This document shows positions 42,801 to 55,037 of a stretch of DNA of 64,000 nt, one piece after another. The stretch is from Styela clava. Its lineage: Eukaryota. The stretch covers positions 12,524,001 through 12,588,000 of the forward strand of contig NC_135263.1 of NCBI RefSeq assembly GCF_964204865.1, written 5' to 3'. The notes beneath the pieces are model-generated. The model was not told where the DNA came from. It worked only from the letters and a program-made list of their open reading frames with translations, and did no database searches. Position numbers and translations under genes: made by a program. Numbering within the stretch: the stretch's first letter is position 1; each line of letters begins with the position of its first letter.

Positions 42801-43263
42801 ATCGTAATTCATCACAAACTTTTCGTGCATCTCGAATTTTAGTATCATTATCATCGGGGGGTGCATGATCCAATATTAGAGAAGCTGATAGAGCTTGAGC
42901 AAGATTTTTTTCCACGGGTTTGTCATTTTTTTCAACTTCATTATTTACATGAGCATGAAAAGATTTTGCTGAACCATTGGAATGGGATAAAGCATCAGTC
43001 GCTGAAGTTGAACTATGAAGAGGGCTTTCCTGCACTACAGTAGGAAGAACAATTGGTTCTTTGCCCGTTTCTTTTTGTTCACCAATATCATTTTGCTTTT
43101 GAAAATTTTGTTTTTTGATATCATTATTATTCAATTCTTTCACAACAAAGTTTGCCAGTTTATTGTCATTTTTATCAACAGCTTTACTTAGTGAAGAAAA
43201 GGTAGGCTTCAAGAATCCTGCGCTACCGGCGGCAATCGCATTAGATTTAATTTTAGATGGCAT
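27812..43263 (-). CDS. TKL-group (MAP3K/RIPK-like) pseudokinase with coiled-coil N-terminus and long low-complexity C-terminal tail, about 1,320-1,360 aa
   Basis: Exons: 43263-42113, 41403-41249, 40665-40491, 39718-39553, 39125-39006, 36678-36513, 36288-36129, 35372-35146, 34577-34374, 33603-33516, 32460-32299, 30502-30365, 30031-29824, 29178-28586, 28375-28324, 28000-27812. An alternative ending is 28000-27816 plus 27730-27607. Phases are consistent throughout. Kinase motifs: IGEGYLSYVY, AAIKK, LHHQNIV, GMAYLH, HLNLRPCNVLL, ADFG, YLAPE, DVFSYAMIMWE, RPSFKEL. Tail exon boundaries are less certain. Confidence 0.85.
33861..34166. mobile_element. Old hAT-type MITE in a kinase intron
   Basis: Degenerate TIRs CAACATTTCCCAA / AAAAAGGTTGGGAATCTCTTG. 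Confidence 0.45.
39793..40195. repeat. Tc1/mariner-like MITE relic with a duplicated segment of about 125 bp
   Basis: TA-CAGGGTGTTC at 39791 and GAACACCCTG at 40140-40149. 39915-40040 and 40071-40195 are diverged direct copies. Confidence 0.55.
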
Positions 43264-44499
43264 AATGTGTTTATCAAATCAAGACATTCTGAAAATAATA
43301 TTATATTTATATGACACCACAAAATATACATCAATATAGACATGAAAAATAGCGTCTAAAGAAGTACATTTCTGTTTGGCTTTATTCAAGCAGTTTCGGC
43401 AGTAATTTCACATCACATTTTTGTTTGACGTTGTTAGTTAAAAATTTACCCTACAGCGTTTACTTCGTTACACCCAAAAAATATAAATAGATTATACTAT
43501 CATCATATACTATTCATTGGCATACGATTGGCGCATCATACCAAACATTAGGAAAACGCTAGGGATCCCACCATTGATTACCCTATACAAGTTTCATTTA
43601 ATCTCATTCACATCTTAGTAGGCAACTGTTAATAAGATAACTACAAAACTTGGAGCAATAAGCCTAACCTAACTTCAGTGGTGGGGCAAGTCTATAATCT
43701 CTATTGGGAAAATATAACCTTTTTTTAAAATTTCTTCACAAACAAAGGCAAAAAAATGAAGGGAAATAGATTATAAAATTCATGGCGTGGCAAAAATAGG
43801 ATATTTACTAATTACAGGCGGAAATTTCCATTGACAGAATTAATAACATACTTGCCATAACAGTATTATAACCTTATATTTTGCTTTCAGGGTATCCAGT
43901 TCCAGTATTAATCTTTTTGCCCCATTGAAAATGATTGATATTAGATATTAAATATCTTTGTATTATTGCCTAAAATTTATTGGTTAAAAAAAATAAATTC
44001 AAACATTTGGGACATTAAGTTTATCAATAACAGCAGCAACAATTCACAATCACATGCTTAATACTGTAATGAAACCTTATGATTCCTCATTGTAAAACAG
44101 GTAAAAAAAATTTTTCTCATGGTTGAGTTCAGTATACTGGTATATGTATTATTCCAGATACCTGGATACGGTAAATAATAGAATCTCAATCTCTTTAATG
44201 GACAGCTTGAAGATGCCCTATAACTGTATTTTGGTATCATTACGTACTATGTCAGCTTGTGGTCCCCTATTATCACTATCATATAATGACATAGTGCGAA
44301 GCATAAGATAGATCACAAACGTTTGATATACTATCAGACTGTCGTTACTGATTTAAACTTTATAAGAGCGAACTACAGAACTATGCAATCTTTGTTGCAA
44401 CATTTCTGTATTTCTCGTACTGTCGTACGGTTCATATAAAAAATTATCAACCTACTAACTTCAACCCGTTTAAATCTAACCAAGCAGAAAATGTTGAAT

Positions 44500-44720
44500 A
44501 AAATAATGTATAATATTATCGCTAGCCTACTCGCCTAATTTGCGGCACACGAACCTATAATTGCAAGACGTCACGATTCACGACCAGGAACTCAACAATT
44601 CTCCCGTGTTTTCATTCAACTGAATCGGTTTGTTTACTACGACGAGCGGCCGTTTGTGCGGTTCAATGACATCACAAACCGGCGTGTTGGTCAAATTCAA
44701 ATCCGGTCCCGGCACAATGT
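44500..44720 (-). promoter_or_regulatory. Candidate promoter of the pseudokinase gene
   Basis: CpG-retaining patch about 1.3 kb upstream of the ATG-containing exon. It contains CRE-like GACGTCAC and TGACATCA and a Fox-like TGTTTAC. Inference only. Confidence 0.35.
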
Positions 44721-44880
44721 GGAATCTGTTAGTATTTGTTCTGAAACTTTAAAATAAAATTTAAAATTTTCGATTATGAATAAATAAGCGACATATTTTT
44801 TTATAATACCTGATTCCCTTTCTAGCTTGTGTTAGGACAAGTTAGCTTTATAACAAGATAGCAAGAGGGATAGATAGCTC

Positions 44881-45020
44881 GGCGGTGTGGCGCATCGTGC
44901 TAAGCGTTCTCTGATTGCCCTGCGCGGGTTCGAATCCATGCGGGGATGATAATATGCGAGAAGATAGCTGGACTCCTTGCCGCCGTAGGGTAGTTCACGT
45001 AACCGCTGGTCGGTTACGAC
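44881..45020 (+). mobile_element. tRNA-derived SINE, 5' part (probable 3' tail at 46241-46280)
   Basis: A-box-like TGGCGCATCGTG and B-box GGGTTCGAATCC (44926-44937) without a complete cloverleaf. The tail CTCTCCCCGGGATAAATATGTAAATC resembles copies at about 24711-24758 and 33781-33820. Confidence 0.7.
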
Positions 45021-46240
45021 CAGAGGCGTAGCCAGCATATTTTGCGCCCGGGGCAAACTATAAAATTGGCGCCCCGACCTCCACGTTTAATCAGATTTTC
45101 TATTACATTTACTTGTATATGTGAAAACGAATTATATATGTAAATTCAAATTTATATGTATTTATATATTTTATTATTTATTCAAAAATATATGTATATG
45201 TGTATTCAAATTTCAATGGAACATTATATTTAAAAAAGAAGCAAAGCTATACAAAATATAGCATATATATGTCCATAATGTCCAACTCAGTTACTTTCAA
45301 AGATGATTTACATAGTCTACAATAAATTTATTTTATTTTACTGTCGCAAACTGGTTAACACGTCATCAAAATCTGTTTTTTTTTAATGTTTCTCTTTCAA
45401 CACTTAGAAGTGCAAGATCACTGAGACGATCCTGTGCCATTGATGCACGCGAATACGACAAAACAAGTTTCAATTTGATGAATTTAGCTTGCAATTGAAA
45501 CTGGTATTGCTAACAAAATTTGTAGAGAAATTCGCAGATTGGGTAAAACGTCGTCTCCAAAAAACACAATAAAACCAAGAGGAGCCAAAAGAGTTTCTGG
45601 TTGACCTTCAGTTCTGTTACTGAGCAGCATTCCGCAATCTCCAATTTCGGGAAGATTTTGTGGCCATTGATGTCCGTGTCGTAAAAAATTTGCAAAATCT
45701 GTGCAATCTCGACGAATTGTCGAAAAAGGCATTCGGGTCTTTTAGCACAGTATAATATGTTTTATGTAACTCTGCCGCAAAGTACGTTACTTTGACAACC
45801 ACGAAATACAAAACCACGTATTACTCAAAACATGTATTAACATCATTCAACCAAATTCCGTTGCCATTTTTCTCCAGCACAGAACTAATATCAACATACA
45901 TCGGAGTGCGCAGGCAAGAACTTATCGATACAGAACCACGTAATTAACCCCGTGCATTTTGTTACCTAACGTTACCAAATCAAATTTTGCTTTGTTTCCC
46001 GGCCAGATTTTTTGGCCATGTAATTACGATGGAAATCTGACCGTGCGCGAGCTATTTGCCTGATGACGTCGGCAGTCGACGTAAGTGGTCTGCCCAAGTG
46101 TGCAGTTTGCCATGTACTAAGACTAGATGTCTGCGCCGGTGCGATCTTGCTTGTGACCGTTCTTTACCCTTGTTGTGAAATTTTCGCAAGCCCCATTTTG
46201 GCGCCCCTGTACCTTGGCGCCCGTGGGCATATGTACCCCA
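45021..46240 (-). mobile_element. hAT Tip100/ZMYM1-like transposon relic
   Basis: Terminus CAGAGGCGTAGCCAG and GGCGCCC subterminal motifs at both ends. Minus-strand relic LPNLRISLQILLAIPVSIAS…FIKLKLVLSYSRASMAQDRLSDLALLSVERE (hAT dimerisation domain). Confidence 0.85.
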
Positions 46241-47958
46241 TTTTCTCTCCCCGGGATAAATATGTAAATCATATCCTATCGACATAAATGAAGACGTAAT
46301 AGATATCTTGTTTGCGACAGAAATTGTGACATTTATTATTCTCTCTAACCGCTGTTTATACAAAATTTACTTTCAAGGCTAGATATTAACCCATTATTTT
46401 AACTGAACTCTTTTCAAAAGTCAGATTCTGTCATTCTGTCAGAAAATTTTATTGTCACTTGAACAATAAAAAATCGGAGATAAATTATCACAATAAATAT
46501 TATACGGACGATAGTTGTGCAGGCCGAATAGCTCGTTCGTCGTGTTTACAACAACCGTCATGGTATGATGAAAAAAAAATTGAAAAGGGAAAAGCGACGG
46601 AGTAATTTGAAATACCTTAACTTCGGAAATTACACGTCTTATTCCTACACGAATTTTACATCTCGTTCCGTTTCTACACGGAGGTGGCCTAGATCTTGAC
46701 CAATTTTCCCATGGTCATCACAGCGCAATCAGTGTTGGTTACATTCAACGTCTGCCTCTAGCATAGCAGTCGGAATCCCCTGCTCTAGTTGTTTTACGAG
46801 GGCAGCGACTTATAACCGATCGCGCAACGTTCGATGCACAATGCAGTACACTATGTAAAGTGTAGGACATGTGATAGCTCCCTGTAGCCATCAACTGCCC
46901 TTATAAGATTTGTTGGATATCCTTGACTGGCGGTGTTTTGTCTTCGTCGGCCCACGTTTTAAATTTATCAAATGGAGGCTCATGCCTGATGCTGGCTACA
47001 CTACACTATTTCCCATGTAAGATTTAACTATACATTCGAGGTCACAGCAAACATAATTTATGTTGTAACAAATAACCACTGTTCCCCTGCATTAAAGGAG
47101 GACATGTGGGCCCAGGTCTTTGCTTCAGAATTGCGTCCTTGTTGTACCATGAAGCGTTGTCGCGAGCGGTCACTTGCTAATCAATTGGCCTATGGCCAAT
47201 ACGTGTAGTATTCTTTCTCAGTTTAGTACGCTAGTAACTGTTGCGCATTTGTTTAATCCGGATCTGAATGACATGGTCTCTCCCTTCTAACATTACAATA
47301 TGATAATAACCTTACGGAATGTATTTGCATAAGGAATTACATCTTGTTTCAACAGATGCCAATACGTGTTCTTCCTTAAACAACCATGTTTTTCATCTTC
47401 AGTTCAATTTTAATCTTGTCACTTACTCATAATTTCTTCAAGTTGGTGGAAATTTTCATTTCTAGTTCTGTTTCAATTTCTATTTTTTAATTTTAGACTT
47501 CTAGTTCATTTGTTGATAATCCGAGTAGTTTTTTGTAAAGAATCTTTACGAAATTTTCATTCTTTCGCTGAAAACGTGGATGTCGCCTAATAAAATATAT
47601 TTGAGTTGTATATCTATAAAATTTCGGTCAAGGTAAGCAGTTACATATAAATGGTGTATTTTTGGGAAAGTTCACTGTCAGACCGGATAAACGTAAAAAA
47701 TTATAAATCTTAAATTTGTCTATTTTGGGCTATAAAAATACATCATGAACAATTGAATATTTGCTGACTTTTATTTTATGTCTTGGTTCCCACGAGGTGA
47801 TGATAACCGATCTTTTACAGTTGGTAGGATGAAAGTATCATCTAAAATGGAAGCAAAGTAGGTTATGGCTTCGAGCTATTATTTCGCACGTGATGTTAGA
47901 ACCCAGAATATGGTTTGGTAGTTCTCGTTAATGTCAGATCATAATTAGTAGAAAAGAG

Positions 47959-48985
47959 ATGCAAGATCAGGACGAATCTTCTAAATTCATAAAAAATCGT
48001 CATCGTTCGAAATGAATCAGAAACTAGGAGAGGCTTATGCTTGCAATCGTGCAATGGAGATAGATGAAACTGATTTGTCAATGATTTAAAATAGAGTGCC
48101 TTTGCATCGATCGATGTGACATGTTTATTTCAAATCCAGAATGTGTAAGCCTTAAAGCATCTGTGTACATCGAATATGTCTATTGATCTCAGAAAATAGA
48201 AAGCATCACAACTTAAAGCATTTCATTTCAAATTCACAAATGTCAAAATAATTTAACATATTAACGTTACTAGATTTCGATTTTGAATTTAAGAATAAAT
48301 TTGCTTAAATTTATATTTTTAAAGATTTATACGAGTGCAATTGACCTCGAATGAATATCCAAGGATAAAACAGGACGAAAATAAGGTTGAAAAATTCTTT
48401 TGTTTAGTTAGAATTTTCTTTCAGGTTGATTTGAATGAACTCGCAAAGAAATTAGTAGAAAGATTCCAAAGAAAAGTCTGAAGTTCAAATCAAATTTTAC
48501 TCTAGCTGTGAATCTCTGAAGTCATTGATACTTCTTTTTCTACAAGTTATACATATGTCAATACGGCCACTCAGAGATGTGTGGCTTTCCAATGAAACTC
48601 TCATTGTATGTAACACATTGTTATATGTATGAGATCGCAATTTAATACGGAGCCAAATAACATAAATAAAAAAATGAGTGTCTGGATTGACACTTAATTG
48701 AAAAGAGTTATATAGAGTATTCAAATACGTCATAACTATGGCTTGTCTATCATCTAAGTACTCTATTTTCAACCGATACTACAAAACATCGTTATAGCAA
48801 TTACGGCGTTACTGGCAGAACTGCAATTGACGATGAAATTTCACGAAAAAGCAAATAAATATAAAAGGAGTGTCAAGATTTATCAACACTTGCTGAAAAT
48901 AACATCATACTATGGCATCATTGTCAAAATTCAATAATATTTTGGCAAGAAGCATTGAACAAAGAACTCGTATCGATATAGGGCG
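47959..48985 (+). pseudogene. Degenerate tandem paralog of the two-TM gene at 52925-54037
   Basis: Colinear similarity across all three exons. Lesions: TAA at 48087-48089, an 8-nt deletion near 48478, last acceptor mutated (aacag to aaccg, 48771-48775) and a deletion near 48925. Confidence 0.88.
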
Positions 48986-50765
48986 CCAAATGCATTACAC
49001 CAAACTAACTAGAAATATTATAATAATAGACACTCATAAATATCATTTAATAAAATTGATGGTGATATGATGATTGTATTAGTTTATATATGTAGCTTAT
49101 GGAGTTGGAGATATATATGTTCGAAGATCAAACGAGTAAATTTATAGTTTTAAATATAATTTATCGCATTGAATCCCGAACGTTCCTACCAAGTCCGCTC
49201 TGAATTATGATAGAGACAGGGTTTGTCCTCTATGCTCTCCATATAACGAAGCGAACCCCGTACTGTCCAGATTCATGGCTTTCAGAACTAAGCCGATGCT
49301 TTACACTTACAATAATTCCGAATAACACCGATCTCCACAATACAATACAAATCGTATAATCGCCACTCGTTACTGCTTCCAATTATTGCGTCACAATCGC
49401 ATTATGGAGGACAAAGTGGAAAAGTCTGTAGGTAGAATTTATATAGCAACGGCCATCCTGTGACATTTTGTCCAGTACTGTTTTTTTGCTCATGTATTCT
49501 TTATTGTCGGTCTTAAAACTGAGCTTTAAATGTTGTTGACAAGATATATATACTGTATGGATTCGAAGTCACAACAAACCGAATATATATATGTTAGAAA
49601 AAATGGCCTTTAGTTGTCCAGTCACTTTACCGCATTGAAATAATAAATTTTTATATTTACATCATCAAGGTCATACTCAATGGAAATAAGCACATTTCAA
49701 ATCATTGCATTCGTTGCTTGCTTGAACTTGATATGGGCTGCTTTGAACGAAGCATTTAAAAAAAATAATCTTATGTTGTGTGATAGCTTGGAACATAATA
49801 TGTGATAGATAGACTAAGCTAGCGTATTAATTTCGAGATGTCAGTATCGACGAAGCTACCTGATACTAAATATGGAGATGTCCATTTTTGTTGACAATAT
49901 TTTGATTTACATCATTCCCAGAAAATCTGCGACGAAATCACCGGATTTCCATTAGGTAAAACGATTCAATCTGTTTCGCGAGTAGAGTGAAATGATGGCG
50001 ATATAACGGACGTTGATTATAATGATCAGCAGAGAATGAGCAATTAATTATGATCAATCACATCAATGGTAACTTCGATAAGTTGCAAACGATTTTACAA
50101 TGACTGGTTGGGTGTAGGGTCAGGAGATTTATTAATGTGGTTCAGTGATAATATAGTGTGGTTTAGTGATAAAAATCATATCCATTCTATAACGCGTGTA
50201 TATTCTGCTATTCAGCTTTAGAGCAGTTGAAAAACAGTAAACGGCACGTGAAAATAAAAGGACTATTATATATATATATATCGTATCCGTTCAAAGTTTT
50301 GAATGGAATGACTGGCAATCGGTTGTGCTTAACTGTGGGTACAAATAAAATACTCCGTTTAGAGAAAAAACTTCATTAACAGAATGCTATAGCTATAATA
50401 TAAATACATTACTACATTCGTTGTTCTCTATTATTTTGAACCCAAAGCCTTCGGTAGATGAACTGGACCGGGTTTGAAGTTGTATGGATGTATATGTAGC
50501 ACATGTATTAACTCGCTGTATTAGATAGGGTGAACGTATTTAGTACATTTTGTTCATATTAAATAGCATACACAATATTAATTATGTTTGGAGATTCCAT
50601 TAAAAAAAGTATAAAACGAAGTCGAAAATCAAGTGGCGACAAGGAAGAGATCATACTACACGACGATTACGACAAAGGTGAGACGAAATCTTATTAATTA
50701 AGATGTGACTATAAAGTTGCTTTGTTAATTTTATGATGTAACTAACAATCATTAAGAAAACTTGA

Positions 50766-50819
50766 ATAGTTTTTACTCACTACATTTATATACAGTCAAA
50801 TGTAGTGAGTAAAAACTAT
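50766..50819. repeat. Perfect 22-bp inverted repeat with a 10-nt loop
   Basis: ATAGTTTTTACTCACTACATTT-atatacagtc-AAATGTAGTGAGTAAAAACTAT. Confidence 0.95.
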
Positions 50820-52924
50820 GCATATAGTGGTCAAAATAATATATAATCATCGATGATCCTGTGTGAAAACCTAAGCAGATGAAACGTCATAAAAAGTTAT
50901 GTAATATTCAATTCTGGAAATTTAGTCTACAAATAGCCGTAGGGTTTTGCTTTTTATCAATCCTGAAGCAACAGTCTGTTTTAAAACAAGGGAGGTTTAA
51001 AATAAATCTTTTTCTTTATGTTTTGTATTATTTATTCAAATACCCCTAACATCGCCGTAAAACTACGCCAAAATGTTGCGTTCTGGCAGCTGCACTCGCT
51101 GCCGGAATAATAATTTCGAAAATGAAAGAAAAAATTCTTGCTTTGACTTTCACCTCCATCGCGTGACTTTATCGCCAAGATATCAGGAGACGCTTGAGTA
51201 TAAAAGCAAGAAAAATCAAGAAACATAGATCACGGGCCTACTACAATCAAAAAGCAGTTGGATCAAGGATCCGCTCACCGCCTCGGCAAAACAAGTGCGT
51301 CACAATAATGAAGAAAATACTTAGATCGGAGGCAACCAGGACCGAATCATGCCATTCAGGGACCTTAAGGACTTAAGATTTTGGTGCCCAACGTTTAGAA
51401 AATAGTAATAATGAAACTGGTTGTGTGGTATCTGAAATTAAATAAGCGATTTTCAGTATTCATTGCTAATTGAGGACCAAGTAACGATTCATTTTCATGA
51501 TTTTTTCGAAAACAGTTGTCATACTTACAAAGATTGATAGAGAGGGGTAAGATGACACTTAAGAATTTTATTTCAGTCTGGCCAATACTGAGGTCTGTGT
51601 CGACTAGACACTCGAATTGTTGCATTAAACACTGAGGCACCATTGAAAAATCTTTTGTGGAAATTTCTGTGGTGCCCTCTTGTTCTCGGTGCACTAACCA
51701 CGTGCTTATTTTGCTCAGTGATTAATCCAACACTGGCGGAAACCTACGTAGGTTCGAATCAGGGCCCGATTTAGACGATGAGACATTCTAGGACCTAGGT
51801 TATGCTAATTGTAAGACCCCTCTGTAACAATGACGTCACAACTAAGCTGTCATTTACGTCATAATAGAGATTTCTAGTTTATTTATGTATGTATCTTGCC
51901 CGTAGCTAAAGTTTTCTAATTCATGTAATTTAAAACTGCACTTGTGATAACATTATACAAAGCGTCATGATACCAGAAACCGACGTTATATTACTCGTTT
52001 TTAGTGAGATATGGCATAGTAAAATTATTTATAATAATGCTTACATTCTTTATTGCTTGGATGAATTAGTATATATGGCTATATATCGATATTTTTTTCG
52101 TAAAATAAATGCATTATTGCGGTAAAAACTGTTCGGTTAATTTAAATTAGTAAACTTCGTTTTGGGATTTATTAAAGCATTAGAATTTTTCAGAGTTCTA
52201 CAAATTTATTTATTCAGCCGTATTTCAATTTTTTAACGGTAAATATTTGGAACAAGAATTGTTAACCTGGATAACAAACAAGAAATCTATAAAGTTTTAA
52301 TCTGACATTATTCTGGAATATGCCTTTACAATTTAAAACGATTTAAAATGAATAATAGTTCAAAATTGATTGTTAAGGCCTCGAGGCTCCTAGGCTTTAG
52401 TACATCTTGTCTTATTATATTGTTGTTTCGAGGGGTGCTTCGCTTAATGGCTTATCGGTTGCGTCTTGCTCCGCCAACCACGTTTGCGGACGCATTACGC
52501 TACAGCATGAGTGTATGGGCAAGTCATCGATATTTGTGGCCTTCCGAGGGGTTTATTGCGAATAAGCGGCTTTTGGCAAGTTCATCATCAAATGATACAG
52601 CCGTTTCAAACAAAAAAGGCAAAAAAATCTTGAACGAATCCCTTAATAATAGCCGGACTAATTAGCATCCATATCTAAAATATGTTCATTGATACAAGTT
52701 ATGTCCTCGATTAATTAAAGTATCGCAAAATAATACCTGATATGAATGACCCTGTTGCCAAGGTCTGATTTACCGATTTATCAAAGTACGCCGCATAGCA
52801 AACTTTCTTACTTTTGTGATATGAAACGACAATTTGTTTTTGGCATTTTGTCTCCATCCATGATCAGAAATGAATTTCTACAGAGTCAGATCAAAGTTCA
52901 ACTTCAAATAACAAAACAACAAAA

Positions 52925-54037
52925 ATGCAGGATCAAGACAAATCCACTAATTCCCGAAAAAACTCGTCAACGTTTGAAATGAATCAGAAACAAGGAAAGT
53001 GTGGTGCTTGTAATCCTGCAATGGAACTGGATGAAACAGATTTGACAATGATCGGAGATGGAGGGCCTTTTCAGCGATCAATATCTATATCAAACCCAGA
53101 TGCTGTAAGTTGTAAAGCTGTCTCCACAGAATATGTCAACTGTCTCAATTTTTTCTGAATATACGAATCACCACATTGTCATGTACTTTATATCAAATGG
53201 GAAACCTTTTAAATTAACCTGATTTCAATGTATTCAAAAATCTACTCGTTACTCGCTTTTAGAGTTTTAGATTTTACAATGTACTTTCAGAGATTCAGAC
53301 GAGAGAAATTGGCAAGAAACGGCCAAGATGAAACAGGATGAACATATGGATGGACTATTCATAATATATATATATTTTATTCTAAATATATATTATTGGT
53401 TACTTAGAATTTTTTTTCAGGTTGATTTGGACGAACTTGTGAAGAAATTACGGGAAAGATTTCAAAAGAAAGTCAGAAAGTGTGAAGTTCGAATTAAATT
53501 CTACTCTGGTTGTGAATCTCTGATGACATTAGCACTTCTGTCTCTCCAAGTTTTACAAATGGCAATACAGCCACTCAGAGATGTCTGGCTTTCTAATGAA
53601 ACTCTCATTGTATGTAACTCATTGAATTGTTTATAATACCATAATTAAAAAATGAAGTAAAATTACATAATAAATGAGAGTGAGTTTCAATTTGCATACT
53701 ACTGAAAATAGTTGTACCGAACACTTCAATATTTTTATCTTAATTTTATTTTGTATAACATCTACGTAGGCTACACTATTTTTAACAGATCCTACAAAAC
53801 ATCCTAATAGCAATAACGGCGCTACTTGCTGGACTACAACTGAAGATGAAATTCAATGATAGAGCCGATAGATATAGGAAAGGCGTCAAGATTTATCACC
53901 ACTTGCTAAAAATTACATCATACTACAGCATCATGGCAGAAAGTGGCGGAAGACCTGACTATAAAAACTCAATACGACTTTGGCAAGAAGCATTGAACAA
54001 AGAACTTGTATCTTTAGAGAGCGATAACAATTCGTAA
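52925..54037 (+). CDS. Small two-transmembrane protein, SLATT-domain-like, 3 exons, about 205 aa
   Basis: Exons 52925-53104 (|gtaagt), 53421-53609 (ttttttttcag| … |gtatgt) and 53789-54037 (tttaacag|), all phase 0. The product has a charged helix, TM1 (LMTLALLSLQVLQMAI), a short loop, TM2 (TLIILQNILIAITALLAGLQL) and then KFNDRADRYRKGVKIYHHLLK. The gene structure is supported by the paralog; the family call is inference. Confidence 0.75.
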
Positions 54038-54976
54038 AATTTCGTAATAAACATTGAAGCTGTGTTATACCAAACTAACCACAAATATTACGATAGTAGA
54101 CATTTCTGGAAATATTACCCATTTTAAAAGCAATGATAGGGATACGATGATTTTAGTAGTTTATTAATTGTATTTTATGCTATACCAGAAATTCGAGTTA
54201 AACATATATCTCAGATGATCATCTATGACGATTTATTGTATGTGTAAAACTGTTTCTTTGTTTATCGGTACTACGTCCCATTGACCACGTATCGTCAAAA
54301 GTTAATGTATCCGTATCAATTCAGTGTTCAAAATATATGTATATTCTAGAAACAAGATTTTATTAGGGATTTGTAAGAGTAAGTATTTAAAAGTATACAA
54401 AAACCACCATTTTTTCCTTCGACAAGCGGGTTATTTGAAAACTAATACATTCATCCCACGTCGAACAAGTCAGATTTTCGGATTCTCCGAGGGTGCAGTC
54501 CGGATTGAAGATGGGAAGTTTATGACGACGAATAGCTAACAAAATCAGTTTGACAATGCTGGTCGGAAGAACGACTTATTTGAATTTGAAGCAGCGATTT
54601 GCGTTGCCAAGCGCAAACTAAATACTAATAAGATTTTCGTGTTAACACAAGGTGGCGTAAAAGATAAGATTTTGTTCGCCAGATAACCCACGCAAATTCA
54701 CGTTGCGTTCTTCTTTTTCTTCTCTCATTTGATAAGTCATACAAATCGCTGTTACTAATACAAACAATATTAATAGAATTAATTATTACGCATTGGTACT
54801 TGCAACGTGCGTGTCTACGAAGTTCACAAAAGTTATCTCTGACGTAAAATCACCAACGAAGGACATCGCAACATATACCGGCGCTGGAAGAGAATAATCT
54901 CGCGGGAAGAAAACCCGCGAAAGATATAGTCGTCGCTTTTGCATGACATTTTGCAAACACGATAAGAAGCTCGAAG

Positions 54977-55037
54977 ATGCCGCGACACAAGCAACAGAGA
55001 CCGAGGCACATTATAGAGCACGACGAAGAAAATGGAG
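54977..55037 (+). CDS. First coding exon of a probable C2H2 zinc-finger repressor (Spalt/Teashirt/Bcl11/FOG-type N-terminus); remainder not found in the window
   Basis: MPRHKQQRPRHIIEHDEENG followed by a consensus G|gtaagt phase-1 donor, within a CpG-rich 5' region. It resembles the M[SP]RRKQxxPxx NuRD-binding motif. Confidence 0.6.

Noticed and set aside
42341-42868. 175-aa plus-strand ORF (likewise 28826-29119, 10693-10911 and 9360-9587)
   Set aside because: These are antisense shadows of real minus-strand exons.
44881-44945. tRNA gene
   Set aside because: A/B boxes are present but there is no convincing acceptor stem or cloverleaf, and it continues into SINE-like body sequence.
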